DNA from: Flectonema sp. DT1601
Lineage: Eukaryota
Direction of reading: 5' to 3'
DNA length: 64,000 nt
Assembly: GCA_964019425.1 (NCBI GenBank)
Contig: OZ025802.1
Location: 930,001-994,000 of the forward strand
Made by a program: the position numbers and the translations under genes
Shown here: positions 60,001 through 63,000 of the stretch, piece after piece
How the letters are laid out: the number at the start of each line of letters is the position of its first letter
Position numbering within the stretch: position 1 is the stretch's first letter
The notes under the pieces: generated by a model
Seen by the model: the letters and a program-made list of their open reading frames with translations, nothing else
What the model was told of the DNA's origin: nothing
Database searches by the model: none

Positions 60001-63000
60001 AAGGTGCATGTCGAGGGACAACAACGGAACGACGAACTGCGTGAACATGAACTGCGACGAGTTGGATGCGTGCGCTTGCCACGGCGACCTTGCGTGCTTC
60101 TACCTGGCGGACGAACAGGCGTGCGTCAACAAGAAGTACGGAGCGTGCCCGACGATGGACATCGTTTTGGTAATCGACGGGTCGGGTTCGATGAGCAACT
60201 CGTTCGGTAGACATCCTCACGGATTCGACGCGATGATCTCTGGGCTTTCTGAGTGGATCGCGACCCTGCCGCTGAGCGGGGAGTCTGCGAGCGTGGTGAA
60301 CCCGGCGCCGGACACTCGCAAGATGAGGGTCGGTGTGGTTCAGTTCAGCGGACGAGTTGAGGCGGGTTCGGTTGTCGATGCGGCGCTGAAGCCACCCGCG
60401 GGAGTCGGTTCGAGCGGGAGAATCACGGGAGCTCTGCAGGAGCTGAAGGATGATCTCGAGTGGCACAGCTCCAACTACGCTGCGAAGGGAACGTACGTCG
60501 CGGAAGCTCTTGGGGTGGCGGCGACGATGTTCAAGAACACGCCGGTTGGCGCGAAGAGAGCGGTGATCATCATCACCGATGGGAAGCTTCAAGACACGCC
60601 TGCTGAGATGACGCCGAGAAGGTCGGCTTTGGAGACCCTGGGGGCGCAGGTCTTCGGTATCGTCGTGAGGAGGTTCCCATCGCAGACCGACGTGGACAGG
60701 GATGCCGAGGCGGCGCTGAGGCCGATCACATCCGCTCCGCAGAGCGATCACTTCGTGAACCTGGACATGGATGACTTGGTTTCCCAGGACGGTCCGCTGA
60801 CGAAGTTGTGTGATCCAAATTCCGCATGGGGAAAGAACATCGCTTTGTCGACGGTCGGAGGAGGACTGCACCAGCCGTGTGCGTTGTACGCGAAGAAGCC
60901 AGGTTGCGTTGCGGATGCGGGATGTGCTTGGGGAGACCACACACTGACGTGCTCGGACACCCCGTGCATCCTTCACTGCAACAGCACCGCCTGCGACGAC
61001 GATGTCGAGAATGCGTGCAGGTGGGACGCGGCTACTTCGAGTTGCTACAAGAAGGACGTTTGCAACGAGCCGACCGAGCCGTTGTGCATCTTGAGCAAGG
61101 ATGACTGCGAGTGGGTTGACAACAGACAGCCTCCGTGCCAGACTCGTGTCTGCAGCCACACCGACGAGATCGGTTGCCTGGCTGACGTTGTGGGTTGCAA
61201 GTGGTCTGACATCACGAAGAAGTGTACGGTCGTTCCTTGCCAAGCAACCGTTCAGTCTGAATGCGTTGGAGGCTGTGAGTGGAACGCCACCGACGACACC
61301 TGCGTTGTGAAGAACTGCCTGTACACCCAGGAACAGGAGTGCAAGGACGACGTTCTCTGCGCGTGGTTCCCTGTCAACAACACCTGTGCTGAGCGTCCGT
61401 GTGCCAAGTACTTGTCTGAGAAGCAGTGTGACGAGCAGCTGCTGTGCAAGTGGGACGTCACGGCGCCACCGGGCAGTTGCCAGACTCCGTACTGCTCGAG
61501 GTTCAACAAGGAGAAGTGTGATGCCGAGCCGGGATGCATTTACAAGACGGGGCTCGTTGTTCCGGGATACCAATCGCCTGTCGACGTTTGTGTCGAGAAG
61601 AACTGCCGCGACATTCCGAACCCGTGTGCGTGCCAGGCGGATCCAGAATGCTACTGGGCGATCCACAACGGAGTTGGAGTGTGTGAGGAAGAGAAGTTCG
61701 GTCAGTGTCCAACACTTGACATCGTTTTGGTGTTGGATGGTTCTGGATCGATGTCGCAGTCGTTCGGACGTCATCCTCACGGATTCTACGCGATGATGGA
61801 GATGTTGAAGACTTGGGCCCAGTCGTTGCCGTTGAGCGGAGAAGACGCGACTGTCGGAATCAACTCTGCGTTGACTGGAGCTGTTCGTCTCGGAGTTATC
61901 CAATTCAGTGGAAACCCAACGATGCTGTCACCTCAGGGAGTAGTGGTCGGGTCGAGCCAGAGGGTTCCACCTGGAGTCGGAACTGGTGGTCGTCTGTCTG
62001 GAGACCTTACCCAGGTGTCGACCGACTTGTTGTGGCAGGAGAACCACTACTTGGCGGAGAGCACTTACATCGAGGAAGCGCTCGTCGCATCGCTCGACTT
62101 GTTCAGCGGATCTCCGCTCGACGGCAGGAAGAAGGTGTTGATAATCATCACTGATGGAGAGCTCAAGGACGCGGACAGGCTGACTGTTTCCCGTTCAAAG
62201 TTGAACCAGGCTGGAGTGATCGTGTTTGGAGCGGTCATCAGAAGGTCGGCTGCGGCCACTCCGACGGATGCTGCTGCCGAGGCGGCGCTTCTTCCGATTG
62301 TGAGCGAACCGAAGGACGGTCACTTTGCGAACTTGATCGTCGATGAGCTGCCGTTGGAGGTTCTGGACACGCTCTGCGACCGCAACGGAAGATGGGGTAA
62401 GTACGTCGTCGACAACGGAGCTGGAAGGCAGCCTTGCCAGTACTACGAATCGCAGTCACCGTGCAACAGAGACAAGGGATGCGTGTGGCACGACAGCACA
62501 TTGTCGTGTGGTAACACCCCTTGCTTCGAGCACTGTGACGAGCAGGTGTGCAATGCCGACACGGTTGAGAAGTGTCAGTGGGACAACACGCTCGGGCTGT
62601 GCTTCAGAATCCCTGTTTGCGACTTCGACATGGAGCAGCAATGTACTGCGGACCCTTACTGCGCTTGGGATGCGGTCAAGAACTGCACTGAGATCCCATG
62701 CAAGCACGAATCCGAGGACAGTTGTTTGAGTGATCCAAAGGGATGCATCTACGATACGATCAAGAGAACTTGCTTGCCTGACCCATGTAAGGACAAGCCT
62801 GAGCTGGCGTGCTCCCTTCTGTCGCCTCAGTGTGTGTGGGACACTGCTGCGCTGGTTTGCAAGAAGGAGGAGTGCAACAACTGCGGTGTCGACCACCAGT
62901 GCTGCAACGACTACGCGAAGATCTGCGAATGGAACTCGACTGTCTCGAGCTGCCAGCAGAAGAAGTGCGTGGAGCACGTTACGGAGTTGGAATGCGCCGA